Part shown: in pieces, positions 33,841 to 43,649 of the stretch
How positions within the stretch are numbered: the first letter of the stretch is position 1
Layout: each line of letters starts with the position of its first letter
IMG/VR virus record: IMGVR_UViG_3300012682_000001
Coordinates: 1 to 64,000 of that record
Source: a virus
Strand: one strand, 5' to 3'
Length of the DNA stretch: 64,000 nucleotides
Notes under the pieces: generated by a model
Seen by the model: only the letters and a program-made list of their open reading frames with translations
Database searches by the model: none
What the model was told of the DNA's origin: nothing
Made by a program: the position numbers and the translations under genes

Positions 33841-34755
33841 ATGACCGAAGCTGAGACCGATCTCTCACAAGCCCTGCCGGAAGGCGAGGGGAAAGTAACG
33901 ACGATCTACGCGCTCGTTAATCCGACCACGGGGATTCCGTTTTATGTCGGCAAGGCGAACAACGCGCACAAAAGATTCACCAAGCACCTGCATGAGGCCG
34001 CGCTGTGGAGTAAGTGGGCTTCAGGGGGAGGGCGAAACGAAGAGCGGCCACCCAAGGTAAGTAACGTAGGGAAGTGCTCCGCGATCGACGGGATAACCAA
34101 GGATGGTCTGATACCCGAGGTGAGGATTCTGGAGAGATGCACCTTACCTCAATGGGCCGCCCGAGAAAAGTTCTGGCATTCGGAACTGGAAAAATCGGGA
34201 GCCATATTGACCAATAGCGCGGAGTGCGGAGCGGGATGCACATATCAAACACAGAGAGCGATAGAGGCGATGCGGTCTTCGAGAACGGGGCTAAAGGCCA
34301 GCCCCGAAACCTGCGCCAGAATAAGCAAGGCTATAAGGTCCAGCCTCCGAGTTAAGGCTGGGAATAAAGCCAGAAAGGGAAAGAGAAAACCGGAGGGGTT
34401 CGGGGCCATGGTGTCCCGTAACTGGACAGGAAGAAAGCACTCGGATGAAACCAAGGCGAAGATCAGCGCAGCAAGGAAAGGGGTTCGGCAGCCGGACTGG
34501 GTAAAGCAGAAGATCAGCGCTGGATTACAGAGCAGCGAAAAAGCGAGAGCAGCGCGGCTGGCCAGTATAGGGAGGAAACTAACCCCAGAGCACAGGGCCA
34601 ATGTCAGCGCGGCCCTGAAGGGAATACCCAAACCGACCGTAAGCGCCGCCCATAAAGGAAAGAAGAAATCCCCCGAGCACATGGAGAAGCTAAGGGCCGG
34701 ATACATGGCCTTTCTTGAGAGATCGCGAGCAGAGAGAGACCCTGCCTCGGATTGA
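33841..34755 (+). CDS. GIY-YIG homing endonuclease with NUMOD3 repeats
   Basis: TTIYALVNPTTGIPFYVGKANNAHKRFTKH (GIY...YVG...R). Repeated G-x-K-x-S-x-E-x-K-x-K-I-S modules (GRKHSDETKAKISAARKG, GKKKSPEHMEKLRAG). Confidence 0.85.
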   Translation: MTEAETDLSQALPEGEGKVTTIYALVNPTTGIPFYVGKANNAHKRFTKHLHEAALWSKWASGGGRNEERPPKVSNVGKCSAIDGITKDGLIPEVRILERCTLPQWAAREKFWHSELEKSGAILTNSAECGAGCTYQTQRAIEAMRSSRTGLKASPETCARISKAIRSSLRVKAGNKARKGKRKPEGFGAMVSRNWTGRKHSDETKAKISAARKGVRQPDWVKQKISAGLQSSEKARAARLASIGRKLTPEHRANVSAALKGIPKPTVSAAHKGKKKSPEHMEKLRAGYMAFLERSRAERDPASD

Positions 34756-34770
34756 CAAGACGGCTGAGGC

Positions 34771-36162
34771 ATGTCCGAGCCTCAGACCATACTACTTCAC
34801 ACGACCCCGGTTTACGCGGGGATGACGGGCGTAATCGACAAAGAGAATTGTATCATCCGAGGGGTCTCGCTGATCACCGGAGATTGCATTGCCGAAGGAC
34901 ACGATCTTCATGTGGACGGGCAGACACTCACGCAGCTCCACGCCCTAGCCGCGTCACGCGGAAAGGTGCCTGTTGGATTGGATCACGGCCACGGAATCGC
35001 GGCCACCTGCGGATACATGACCGACTTCCGGCTGGACGGGAACAAGCTGCGCGGAGACTGGCACCTCCTAAAGTCCCACGACGAGACCCCTCGGATGCTC
35101 GAAAGAGCGGAGACCCATCCAGAAGGGTGGGGGATGAGCTGCGCGTTCAAGGGTCAGGGTGTTGCGACATCCGGGGGCAAGAAAGCAGCCCGCGCGGAGA
35201 AGCTATTAAGCGTCGATGCGGTGACGCGACCCGCAGCCAATGATGGCCTCTTCAGCGCGAAAGATTCGCAGTCGGTTGACAAGTTCACTTTCTCCAACTC
35301 CACCAACATGGCTGACAAAAAAGATTCCAACGCTGAGCCCACCATTGCCGACCTCATGGCAGCGATCAATCAGCAGAACGAGCGCTTCGAGCAGCTCTCC
35401 CAGTCCCACGAGCAGCTCATCGGGCAGCTTCAGGGCCAGGGCGAGGAAGGCCAGGAGCAAGGCCAGCCCTCCGTTCGCGACATTCTCGAAGACCTCCACA
35501 ACTCCACCGATGAAGACCTCGCAGCGCGCGGCCTGACTCGTGACGAGGTGAACGCGGAGATCGGCCAATACAACCAGATGCTCGCACAGGGAATCGACCC
35601 CGAAGCGGCAATGGGCGGCGAGGGAGAAGCCCAGGGCTACGAGGGCGATCAAGGCTACCAGGGCAGCTACAGCCCAGAGCAGGGCCAGCAGGCCGGAGCG
35701 CCAGCAGTCGGAGCCGGTGTCGAAGGCGGCACGGCCACAACCTTCAACGCCCTTCAGCGTCAGGTCATGCAGCTCTCCGCAGCTATCCGGGCTCGGGACA
35801 ACGCGGAGAAGGCCCAGTCCGAGGAGATTCAATTTAGCGAGGTATCTGGAAAGATCGACATGATGGCCAACATGAGAGACCGGGCAGTCGAACTGGCGGA
35901 GCGCCTGGTATCCGAAAACGAAGCGCTTCGCTTGGCGGTGAACACCGGCACCCGCCCAGTCCGCCCAGGCATCGACAACGGAGTCCGCCTCTTCAGCGCC
36001 AACGGCGACGGCCAGCTCCACGCCTTTCAGGCCTCGATCAAAGAAATCCAGCTCAGCGAGAAATGCTCCACCGGGCAGGCGACCCTCAAGGCCATCCAGC
36101 GGAACCCAGGCCTGCACGCCGACTGGCTCCAGAAGAGCGGCAGCATGCAGCTCGCGAACTAA
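34771..36162 (+). CDS. prohead serine protease - scaffold fusion
   Basis: N-domain VPVGLDHGHGIAATCGYMTDFRLDGNKLRGDWHLL ... WGMSCAFKG resembles HK97 gp4-type proteases. C-half is Gln/Glu/Gly-rich coiled coil. Lies directly upstream of the decoration and capsid genes. Confidence 0.75.
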   Translation: MSEPQTILLHTTPVYAGMTGVIDKENCIIRGVSLITGDCIAEGHDLHVDGQTLTQLHALAASRGKVPVGLDHGHGIAATCGYMTDFRLDGNKLRGDWHLLKSHDETPRMLERAETHPEGWGMSCAFKGQGVATSGGKKAARAEKLLSVDAVTRPAANDGLFSAKDSQSVDKFTFSNSTNMADKKDSNAEPTIADLMAAINQQNERFEQLSQSHEQLIGQLQGQGEEGQEQGQPSVRDILEDLHNSTDEDLAARGLTRDEVNAEIGQYNQMLAQGIDPEAAMGGEGEAQGYEGDQGYQGSYSPEQGQQAGAPAVGAGVEGGTATTFNALQRQVMQLSAAIRARDNAEKAQSEEIQFSEVSGKIDMMANMRDRAVELAERLVSENEALRLAVNTGTRPVRPGIDNGVRLFSANGDGQLHAFQASIKEIQLSEKCSTGQATLKAIQRNPGLHADWLQKSGSMQLAN

Positions 36163-36189
36163 CCGGAACCCCACTCTCCAAATCCATCC

Positions 36190-36576
36190 ATGAATGTTCA
36201 TAACGTAGTCAGTCATGTCGTCGCCGCCGACCTAAGCGGGAAGGAGTATCAGCTCGTCAAGCTCACCGCAACCGGGATCGACATCGCTGCTTCCACGGAT
36301 CGCGCGATCGGCACCCTGATGCGCGGAAATGTCAAAGTGGAAAGCGGCTCAGCAGTCGGCAAAGCCTGTGACGTTTACCTGCGCGGCGGAGCCAACATCG
36401 CCTACGTCAAACTGGGAGCAGTCGCTGGCACCCTCAGCCTCGGAGCAGGCCTGATCGCAGACGCGGCCAACCCAGGATCGATGGTCGCCAGCGAGACCAA
36501 CGCAATCGCCATCGTGTGGCAGAAAGTTACCGGCGCCCAAACCGCAGGAGCCGTCGTTCAGGTCCTCTTCCTCTAA
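36190..36576 (+). CDS. head decoration / DUF2190-like protein
   Basis: 128 aa, Gly/Ala/Val beta-rich, between scaffold and major capsid gene. Confidence 0.5.
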   Translation: MNVHNVVSHVVAADLSGKEYQLVKLTATGIDIAASTDRAIGTLMRGNVKVESGSAVGKACDVYLRGGANIAYVKLGAVAGTLSLGAGLIADAANPGSMVASETNAIAIVWQKVTGAQTAGAVVQVLFL

Positions 36577-36618
36577 GCCTGAACCCAACTCAGCCAAACC
36601 CACTCAGGACCCACTCTC

Positions 36619-37590
36619 ATGTATAACACAGCAGACGCCATTCCCCGCGCCGAAATCAGCACCGTGCTGATGGAAGCGGTTGGTCAAGAAAAAGAGTTCA
36701 TCGCACCGATGGTGTTGCCGATCTACGACTCGGCCAACGAGATCGGGCGCTACCCTCGCTTCACCGTCCAGGACACGGAGCTGATGAAGAGTGGCTCGCT
36801 CCTCGTGGGCACCACCAAGCGCGGCTCGGCCGGCACCTACAACGAGATCGATCGCAAGTTCGCGTGGGACACCTTCCAGACCGAGGAATACGGCTTGGAG
36901 GAGCGCGTGGACGATGTGGTCGCTCGGAGGATGCAGAACTACTTCGACGCGGAGATGGTCACCGCCAAGTTCCTCAGCAACAACCTGATGATCGACTACG
37001 AGCGGGAAGCCGCTGCCGCGATCATGAACCCAGCGGTGTTCACCACGACCAACTCCTCGGTCCCTTACACCCAGGCGAACGTCGGCTCGATGGACGTGCC
37101 TTTCGATCTCAACTCGCTGGTCGAGCGCATGACCATTCTCGGCGAAGGCCGGACGGTCATCATCATGACTCTCCCGGTATGGAACCGCATCCGCAGCTCT
37201 GCGAAAATGCAGACCTACATGTATGGCCAGCTCAACACCACGCAGGGTGGAAGCCAGGTCACGCCTGACATGTTCGGCAACGCCTTCGGGGTGCAGGTGA
37301 TCATCGCCAAGAAGAGCTTCGACTCGGCGCTCAAGGGTAAGACCTCGACGCTGGTGCCGATCTGGGGGAACGACTACATCGCGGTGATGAACATCGGGGA
37401 AGGTGACTTCCTGACAGGCGGTGTGGGGCGGACGATCGTCTGGAGTCCCGACAGCCCCGGAGGCCTGTTTACTTCTGAATCCTACAGAGATGAGCCAAGA
37501 CGCAGCAACGTCCTCCGCGTGCGCTCCAATCGCACAATCAAGATTCTTGCCCCGCAGCAGGGCCAGCTCCTCGCCACCCAATGGGCCTAA
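36619..37590 (+). CDS. major capsid protein (lambda gpE-like)
   Basis: 323 aa; position; followed after one gene by a strong terminator. The fully antisense 325-aa ORF is Arg/Gly/His junk. Confidence 0.8.
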   Translation: MYNTADAIPRAEISTVLMEAVGQEKEFIAPMVLPIYDSANEIGRYPRFTVQDTELMKSGSLLVGTTKRGSAGTYNEIDRKFAWDTFQTEEYGLEERVDDVVARRMQNYFDAEMVTAKFLSNNLMIDYEREAAAAIMNPAVFTTTNSSVPYTQANVGSMDVPFDLNSLVERMTILGEGRTVIIMTLPVWNRIRSSAKMQTYMYGQLNTTQGGSQVTPDMFGNAFGVQVIIAKKSFDSALKGKTSTLVPIWGNDYIAVMNIGEGDFLTGGVGRTIVWSPDSPGGLFTSESYRDEPRRSNVLRVRSNRTIKILAPQQGQLLATQWA

Positions 37591-37634
37591 GCCTGGCTTG
37601 ACTGACTAACCTCAAAGAACTTCACTGCACTTCC

Positions 37635-37967
37635 ATGAGCACAGCCGCTAAAACCACGATTCCTCCGCCTCCAGCAGCCCCGCCCGTCGCTCCGGCGCCA
37701 ACGCCTCCTCCGCCGAACATCCCCAAGGCGCCACCTGAGGGCCATGAGAACCCCGATGCGGTGCCTCCGCTCGATGAGTTCGAGGGCAAGTTCGTCCGCG
37801 ACTCTGACGGCGAGCAGTATGCGCTGGCGATCCGCGAGAACCACATCCTCGGTCGGACCCACGTGGCGAAGAACACCGTCCACACCTGGGAAGGCACCGA
37901 GGAGGAGTTCAACAAGGTCTTCAAGAAGTCCAGCAAGGCCAATCCCGGCCTGACCGCTTCTCGATAA
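37635..37967 (+). CDS. hypothetical protein with Pro/Ala-rich N-terminus
   Basis: Track ORF. Confidence 0.55.
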   Translation: MSTAAKTTIPPPPAAPPVAPAPTPPPPNIPKAPPEGHENPDAVPPLDEFEGKFVRDSDGEQYALAIRENHILGRTHVAKNTVHTWEGTEEEFNKVFKKSSKANPGLTASR

Positions 37968-37989
37968 CGCAATACCCATCGAGTGCCGC

Positions 37990-38029
37990 AAGGGCGCGGG
38001 TGCTTCGGCGCTCGCGCCCTTCTTGATTT
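37990..38029 (+). terminator. rho-independent terminator after capsid genes
   Basis: AAGGGCGCG (37990-37998) pairs with CGCGCCCTT (38013-38021) around a GC TTCG GC inner hairpin, then CTTGATTT. Confidence 0.75.
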
Positions 38030-38416
38030 ATGAGAACCACACCAGATAACGTAACGCGACTAGAGGACAACGAGGTATTTGTTTTCGGCTCCAACAGAGC
38101 AGGCAGGCACGGCAAGGGGGCGGCACTGCTGGCGAAAAGGCTGTTCGGAGCGCAGTATGGAACTGGCGATGGGCCTACCGGGAAATGCTACGCGATAGCC
38201 ACCAAGTCAGCAGAGATGAAAGTCCTGCCGCTCAACCTTATCGCCTCGCAGGTGGACACCTTCCTGGGCTACGCTGCGGAGAACCCGGAGAAAACCTTCC
38301 TGGTGACTCAGATCGGATGCGGACTCGCCGGATACGCGCCGTCTGAGATCGCGCCGATGTTCAAGGAGCGAACTCCCAACGTGATTTTACCATCGGTCTT
38401 TCATCTCTGCCTATGA
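38030..38416 (+). CDS. A1S_2505-family (SLOG-like) phage non-structural protein
   Basis: VFVFGSNRAGRHGKGAALLAKRLFGAQYGTGDGPTGKCYAIATK ... VTQIGCGLAGYAPSEIAPMF matches the family signature as I remember it. Confidence 0.75.
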   Translation: MRTTPDNVTRLEDNEVFVFGSNRAGRHGKGAALLAKRLFGAQYGTGDGPTGKCYAIATKSAEMKVLPLNLIASQVDTFLGYAAENPEKTFLVTQIGCGLAGYAPSEIAPMFKERTPNVILPSVFHLCL

Positions 38417-38745
38417 GCGCTTTCACAAACAGCTTCAACCAGGCCAACGATGCCTTCGAGGGGATGTGCGCAGAGACCTTCGAGCTGATCCGCCTCGGAA
38501 TCCCAGGAACCTACACTGCGGTATCCATCGACGACCTGAATATCGCCAACGCCATCATCCCCGGAGGAAGCGGCAGCGAGAACCAGGTGAACGTCTTCAT
38601 CAAGGACGCCGTAGTGGACGCCGCTGGGATCGTCGAAGGGACGGTGCTCGCCGTGCGCGGTAAACGGGTCAGGGTGGCCTCGATCAACGAAGATGGGGAC
38701 AACACCCAGCTTTTGGTCTGCGGCCCCGCCGGCGTCAGCCTGTAG
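38413..38745 (+). CDS. putative head-tail connector protein
   Basis: 110 aa, position; GTVLAVRGKRVRVASINEDGDNTQLLV beta pattern. Confidence 0.45.
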   Translation: MSAFTNSFNQANDAFEGMCAETFELIRLGIPGTYTAVSIDDLNIANAIIPGGSGSENQVNVFIKDAVVDAAGIVEGTVLAVRGKRVRVASINEDGDNTQLLVCGPAGVSL

Positions 38746-38768
38746 CGATTGACAGGACCTCTGAGGAA

Positions 38769-38870
38769 ATGAAGAAAGCACTTTGCATTGTCCTGCTCCT
38801 TGCCGTGGTGGCGCTAGGGGCGCCTACGGTGCGCACGAATCAGATCGACGCGGCGACAGCGGCAAACTAA
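38769..38870 (+). CDS. small signal-peptide-like peptide (33 aa)
   Basis: Read by hand: MKKALCIVLLLAVVALGAPTVRTNQIDAATAAN; 20 nt after a GATTGACA motif. Confidence 0.3.
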   Translation: MKKALCIVLLLAVVALGAPTVRTNQIDAATAAN

Positions 38871-38874
38871 AGCC

Positions 38875-39285
38875 ATGGCGCTGGACATCAAGCGCACCAC
38901 TGAGACCTACCTCTGCGCCAGGCTCACCGAACTGGTCCCCGGCCACACGTTCTACCCCTTTAGCGGGCTCGCCAGCGGGCAGAACATCGAGCCGCCATTT
39001 ACGGTCATCTCCATCTCCGAGGCAGAGAGGGCTATGTCCACCGAGGGGACGTGGATCGCACAAGGAACCGCCCAGGTGGTCAGTCACTCAGCAGAGGCGA
39101 CCTCAGACGCCCACTCAGCCAACTCCAGGGAGGTTTACGCCGCGCTAGGGAATCTTCCCCCCGAGCCCATGGCGGGAGCCTTCACCTTCCATGGGCTCGA
39201 CATCACCGGGACCACGACCAAACAGGATAGCGAGTCAGAGGCGTTCGCGGACGTGATCAACTTCGCGATCGGAGTCGGCGGGTAG
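38875..39285 (+). CDS. putative head-tail / tail completion protein
   Basis: Track ORF, position. Confidence 0.5.
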   Translation: MALDIKRTTETYLCARLTELVPGHTFYPFSGLASGQNIEPPFTVISISEAERAMSTEGTWIAQGTAQVVSHSAEATSDAHSANSREVYAALGNLPPEPMAGAFTFHGLDITGTTTKQDSESEAFADVINFAIGVGG

Positions 39286-39309
39286 TTGACATCATAGAAA
39301 ACCAACAAG

Positions 39310-39702
39310 ATGCCCTCGACCGAACAACATGGAATAGCCTACGTCTTCGGATTCGCGACATCCGACGCCCCGGTAATCACCAACTTTGCCGCCCGGCGCG
39401 CTGACCTTCGCTACGAGCCAGAGGTCTTCCAGGAAGCGACCAACGGAGAAGGGCAGCGAGAGTCGGTCGCGCTCTCCAACGTCAGCAACCGCATGGTCAG
39501 TGGCACCTTCACTGGCTACATCGTCGCCGGGTTCTCTGGCAACTCGATCGCCAACAACTTCAACTTCACGGTCAACGGAGTCAGTCGTCGCTTCATCGTG
39601 AAAAGCATCTCCGACCCTCGCAACAAAGGGGAATACGCCGAGGTCTCCCTCGATGTCGTGAGCTACCCGCTCATCGGACCAACCGCAGCAATCACCACCT
39701 AA
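39310..39702 (+). CDS. candidate tail tube protein
   Basis: 130 aa, beta-rich, upstream of the tape measure module. Confidence 0.45.
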   Translation: MPSTEQHGIAYVFGFATSDAPVITNFAARRADLRYEPEVFQEATNGEGQRESVALSNVSNRMVSGTFTGYIVAGFSGNSIANNFNFTVNGVSRRFIVKSISDPRNKGEYAEVSLDVVSYPLIGPTAAITT

Positions 39703-39711
39703 TCCCAGGCC

Positions 39712-40125
39712 ATGCCCGACATCGCAATCATCCCATCAGGCGTCCTGGCCTCCGCGTCCGGCTCGAAGATCACGGGGACAGCAGGCGTAGCCATCACCGC
39801 AGGTCAGGTCGTTTACGTTGATACATCGGACAGCGGTAAGATCAAATTGGCGGACTCAGACGCCGCCACCCCGGCATTCAATGTTGCCGGTATTGCTCTC
39901 CATGCTGCATCCCCCGGACAGCCGCTCACCTACGTGACGACCGACCCGAGTTTCACCATCGGGGCAACAGTCGCCATCGGAGATGCGATTTACCTCTCTG
40001 ACACCCCCGGAGGGATGACCAAGACCTTCTCGGAACTCGAAAGCGGGGACAAGATAACCATCCTCGGTGTGGCCGTCACGACCGGGACGATGAACCTCTA
40101 CCCGGTTCAGGGCGGGACGATCTAA
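39712..40125 (+). CDS. DUF2190-like beta protein
   Basis: 137 aa; composition and pattern similar to 36190..36576. Confidence 0.45.
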   Translation: MPDIAIIPSGVLASASGSKITGTAGVAITAGQVVYVDTSDSGKIKLADSDAATPAFNVAGIALHAASPGQPLTYVTTDPSFTIGATVAIGDAIYLSDTPGGMTKTFSELESGDKITILGVAVTTGTMNLYPVQGGTI

Positions 40126-40138
40126 TCCTGACGGCGGT

Positions 40139-40804
40139 ATGGCCGTCGATCAAAACTTCGCGGCTGCCTGGATAGACGGGGCAGGAGACCTCGAATACGC
40201 GCCAACCCGACTCCTCGGTGTTCGCGTCCGCAAGTTCTGCCTCTGGCACCGACTCCTCCTGCGTGTCCTCCAGAGCCCACTCATGGGAAGCGGAGAGCGC
40301 GTGGACTTCTTCGCCCTGCGGACCGCCGTAGGTATCTGCCGCCTGCGCTATGGCGACTGCACGATCAGGCGCCCGTGGCTGGTCCCCGCGCTTTTGACCA
40401 CCAAGGCCGTCCTGGCCTCCCTGCTCTCTTTCCGCCGTCGTGTATCACCCGACGAGCCAAACGCCCTACAGCGGGCCATTGCGGCCCAGGCTGAGGTCAT
40501 CCTGGAGCACTTCGGGGACTACCTCCAGGAACCAGACGCATCAATCATCCCACACGACCTGCCGAAAGGTGCTACCCCGCAGGCACCTATGGGCTCAGCA
40601 CCGGCAGAGCTGGAGATAGCCTGCGACATCATCGGCTGGGCACACTGGCCTGAATGGAAGGTCTGGGAACTACCCATGGGAAAAGCGAACCACTACCGGA
40701 CAATCGCTTTACGGACCCGAGGTCTTCTGGTTGACTTCCACAACGAGGAGCAGAAGGCCTTTGAGGCCCAGCTACCTCCCGAATTCAAACACACCAAAGA
40801 CTAA
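40139..40804 (+). CDS. hypothetical protein upstream of tape measure
   Basis: Track ORF. Confidence 0.6.
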   Translation: MAVDQNFAAAWIDGAGDLEYAPTRLLGVRVRKFCLWHRLLLRVLQSPLMGSGERVDFFALRTAVGICRLRYGDCTIRRPWLVPALLTTKAVLASLLSFRRRVSPDEPNALQRAIAAQAEVILEHFGDYLQEPDASIIPHDLPKGATPQAPMGSAPAELEIACDIIGWAHWPEWKVWELPMGKANHYRTIALRTRGLLVDFHNEEQKAFEAQLPPEFKHTKD

Positions 40805-40805
40805 C

Positions 40806-43649
40806 GTGGCTGGATTTAAGGACTTTCTAAAAAAGGAGGCGGGCAATACCCTTAAGGGCGGGCTTGGGAAGGCGTTCGTAGGATTCGACGTGGCCAACCT
40901 GGTCGTAGCCGAGAACAAGCTCAAGGCCGTAGGGCAGCTCCTAAAGAACCTAATCCTACTCAGGCTCACCATGGCTACAGCCTTCGCGGGTTTGTTCTCC
41001 ATGATGAAGAGCGGCATCCGGTCGCTAGTCACCGATACCGGGGCGCTCAACGCGGCGATGGATAAGCTGCGCAAAATCAGCGCAGGAACCAGAGAGCTGC
41101 AAAACCTGATCGGCACCCTCAAGGAGACGAAGCGCTACATGGGCGAGCTGGTCAAGATCAGCGAGAAGAAGCTGGTCCCGATCGAAGAGCTGGTAGCTGC
41201 CGCCAAGGGGATGAAAATACTCTCCCAGGGGACCATGGGGACGGTGAAAGATTTAGAGAAGATGGTCGATCTCTCCAGGGCTACCGGAAGGGGCCTGGTC
41301 GAGACCACGGATGCTGTTACGCAGCTCAAGAGGGACCTGCAAGACGGCAAGCCCATCGACAGCTCGGCTGATGCACTGGAGCGCATGGGGGCGATGTCCG
41401 CCTCAAGCGCCCAGAAGCTCAAGACACTCCAGGAGACCGGAGCAACCCTGAATAGTCAGCTTGAGTTCATGAACTCCGGGCTGGACGCCGCAGCCAAGGC
41501 AGGATCGGGTTTCGAGCAGAGCCTCGAAGGGCTCAACCAGAAGCTCGCCGAGAGCGAGGAGCTGATGAAGTCCAAGTTCGGGGAGTCCTTCCTCGAAGGA
41601 GAGCGGAAATCCACCGAAGCGGCAATCAAGCTCAACGAGAGACTCGCGGAGATACTTGGGGTCGTTGGCGAGGCCCTTTCCAAAGTAGGCTCGGCGGGCT
41701 CCGGCATCAGGGACACGATGCTGACCAAGCTGCTCTCTCTGCCGGGAGTGCTGCCAGCCACCAAGGTCCTAACCAACACGCTCACGGCGGCAGTAACGGC
41801 AGCCTCGGCGCTCGGTGCGATCTCAGCCGGGAAGTTCCTCTACAAAGGAGGCAAGGCGGCAATGTCTTCGATTCGTGGCTTCGACGCCACGGCCTCGGCT
41901 AGCAACATGCTCACCCGATCAGTGGCGATGAGAGAAGCGGGAGCTACCGGGATAAGGGGACTGGCGGCCAGCGGGCTGGAAGCTGGAGCCGTGGGGCTAT
42001 CCAAGGGAGCAGCTTACGCAAGTCGAGCCACGAGCGGTATCGGAGGCAAGATAGGCAGCGGCCTTGGTAGAGTGATCAAGGGCGGGGGCTACCTCTATCT
42101 AGCAGCAGAGGCCGCGATGGCTGTAAACGCATCACGAGAGCGAGAAGCCGCGCTTAAAAAGCTGAAGGACTCCAACTCCTCGATGGAAACGTCCATGGCT
42201 GGACAGATCGCAGCGGTCCGCAGCCTTTCTGACGCCCAGAAGGCCCTCATTGATTCAACCAACCAGCTCACCGCAGCCAGAGAAGCGGCGGCGGACCCCT
42301 CCGGGGACAGCAGGGTGACCGGGCAGGACAATCTCCACGTCAGACGTTCTGCATTCTTGCGGAATGAGGCGATGAATAAACTGATGGGACTATCTGCCGC
42401 GCCGGACTCCGATCGTCTCGCCAGGGATCGACGGGTTGGAGAGATCAGCGCGCAGCAGCAACTCTCGCGGGCGACCGGGGAGGATCGGGCGAGACTCACG
42501 GAAGCAGCCGCAGAAAAAGCCCGAATGAGGCTCTTCGAGCGAGACACCTTCACGAAGGATAAGAAATCAATGGCCGCGCTGGAGATCGCCGCGGCATCCG
42601 GGGACCAGGGGGCTATCGGGGAGCTGGGCAGGAGGCGGAACACCTCGGGGTCGTCCTTAATGCGAGAATCACAGGCGCTGGAGTCCGACCGGGCTACCAA
42701 AGGCGGGACACCAGCCTTCGCGGCCCGAGAGGCGAGATACAAAGAGCGCGAGGCCTACATCATGGGCGCCTCCGGGGAGGACGTAGCGGCAGCCGAAGAG
42801 GAAGCAAGAAGCGCCAAGCTCCAATCCGAGGCCGACGAACGCAGCCTCGCCACCCAAGAGAAAATCAACGCCCTGAAGTCGGAGGGAGTCCAGCGCGCCA
42901 AAGACATCAGGTTAATCGAAGAGGAGGCCCTGGATGCGGAGATCGAGGCCGCCATTAAAAGCGGCAACAAAACTGGCGCCCAGGCGATGACTGGCCAGAG
43001 GGAAGCAGCCAAGACCGCGGCCAACGCCGCCGATAAAGAGGAAGAGCAGGCAAGCAACCGAGCTGACACCGAGCTGAAGATCGCCCTACTCAAGGAGCGA
43101 GGATTCGCCCTCGCCGAGAAGGAATCAGCCCTGAGGCGCCAGCAACTACTCGATGAGCTGAAGGCCATTCCAGCCGGAGACGTGGAGGCAGTGAAGAGAA
43201 AGCAGGCGGAGATCGCCGGGCTCGATACAGACACCAAGCTCAGGAGGGAGGAGCGCGCCTCCTCGGACATCGACCAGCAGATCGAGCTGACCCGCCAGAA
43301 AGGGCAGCTCACCGGCAACAGCAAGATGGCCCAGGGGGCCGATGACTTCGCGGCCTACAAGGAGAAATACGACCAGCTAATCGGAGAGGGCCGCGACCCC
43401 GATCAAGCCAAGGCCATCGCCTCCAGATTCACCCAGAACTCGATCTCCCTGGAGTCCTTGAGCGGGCAGAGTTCCCTTAATGCAGCAGCAGCGGTAAGCA
43501 GCATGGCCAGGATAGGAGGAGGTGGAGGAGTCGAGGCTGTCGGAGGCGACCGCCTGCTGACCGCTACGGAGCGCGGCAACTCCCTCCTGGAGAAGATTGA
43601 GAGCTACACTAAATTCCTGGAGAAATCCCGCGACATGTCAATCCAATGA
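40806..43649 (+). CDS. tape measure-like protein
   Basis: About 947 aa, long Ala/Glu/Lys/Arg coiled coils with Gly/Ala hydrophobic patches. GTG start chosen 1 nt after the upstream stop (the track ORF opens at 40731). Confidence 0.7.
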   Translation: MAGFKDFLKKEAGNTLKGGLGKAFVGFDVANLVVAENKLKAVGQLLKNLILLRLTMATAFAGLFSMMKSGIRSLVTDTGALNAAMDKLRKISAGTRELQNLIGTLKETKRYMGELVKISEKKLVPIEELVAAAKGMKILSQGTMGTVKDLEKMVDLSRATGRGLVETTDAVTQLKRDLQDGKPIDSSADALERMGAMSASSAQKLKTLQETGATLNSQLEFMNSGLDAAAKAGSGFEQSLEGLNQKLAESEELMKSKFGESFLEGERKSTEAAIKLNERLAEILGVVGEALSKVGSAGSGIRDTMLTKLLSLPGVLPATKVLTNTLTAAVTAASALGAISAGKFLYKGGKAAMSSIRGFDATASASNMLTRSVAMREAGATGIRGLAASGLEAGAVGLSKGAAYASRATSGIGGKIGSGLGRVIKGGGYLYLAAEAAMAVNASREREAALKKLKDSNSSMETSMAGQIAAVRSLSDAQKALIDSTNQLTAAREAAADPSGDSRVTGQDNLHVRRSAFLRNEAMNKLMGLSAAPDSDRLARDRRVGEISAQQQLSRATGEDRARLTEAAAEKARMRLFERDTFTKDKKSMAALEIAAASGDQGAIGELGRRRNTSGSSLMRESQALESDRATKGGTPAFAAREARYKEREAYIMGASGEDVAAAEEEARSAKLQSEADERSLATQEKINALKSEGVQRAKDIRLIEEEALDAEIEAAIKSGNKTGAQAMTGQREAAKTAANAADKEEEQASNRADTELKIALLKERGFALAEKESALRRQQLLDELKAIPAGDVEAVKRKQAEIAGLDTDTKLRREERASSDIDQQIELTRQKGQLTGNSKMAQGADDFAAYKEKYDQLIGEGRDPDQAKAIASRFTQNSISLESLSGQSSLNAAAAVSSMARIGGGGGVEAVGGDRLLTATERGNSLLEKIESYTKFLEKSRDMSIQ

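Noticed and set aside
35206-36216. 336-aa - strand ORF antisense to the protease-scaffold gene
   Set aside because: Same antisense GC artefact. It is low-complexity Leu/Gly/Ala/Val, with no start context.
36604-37581. 325-aa ORF on the - strand fully antisense to the major capsid gene
   Set aside because: Arg/Gly/His/Asp-rich junk composition typical of antisense frames in GC-rich coding DNA. The + strand ORF has capsid-like sequence and fits the operon.
40731-40808. G/GT-style programmed frameshift joining 40139..40804 to the tape measure frame
   Set aside because: The tape-measure frame is +1/-2 relative to the upstream ORF, not -1. I see no slippery heptamer. A GTG start 1 nt after the stop explains the overlap.
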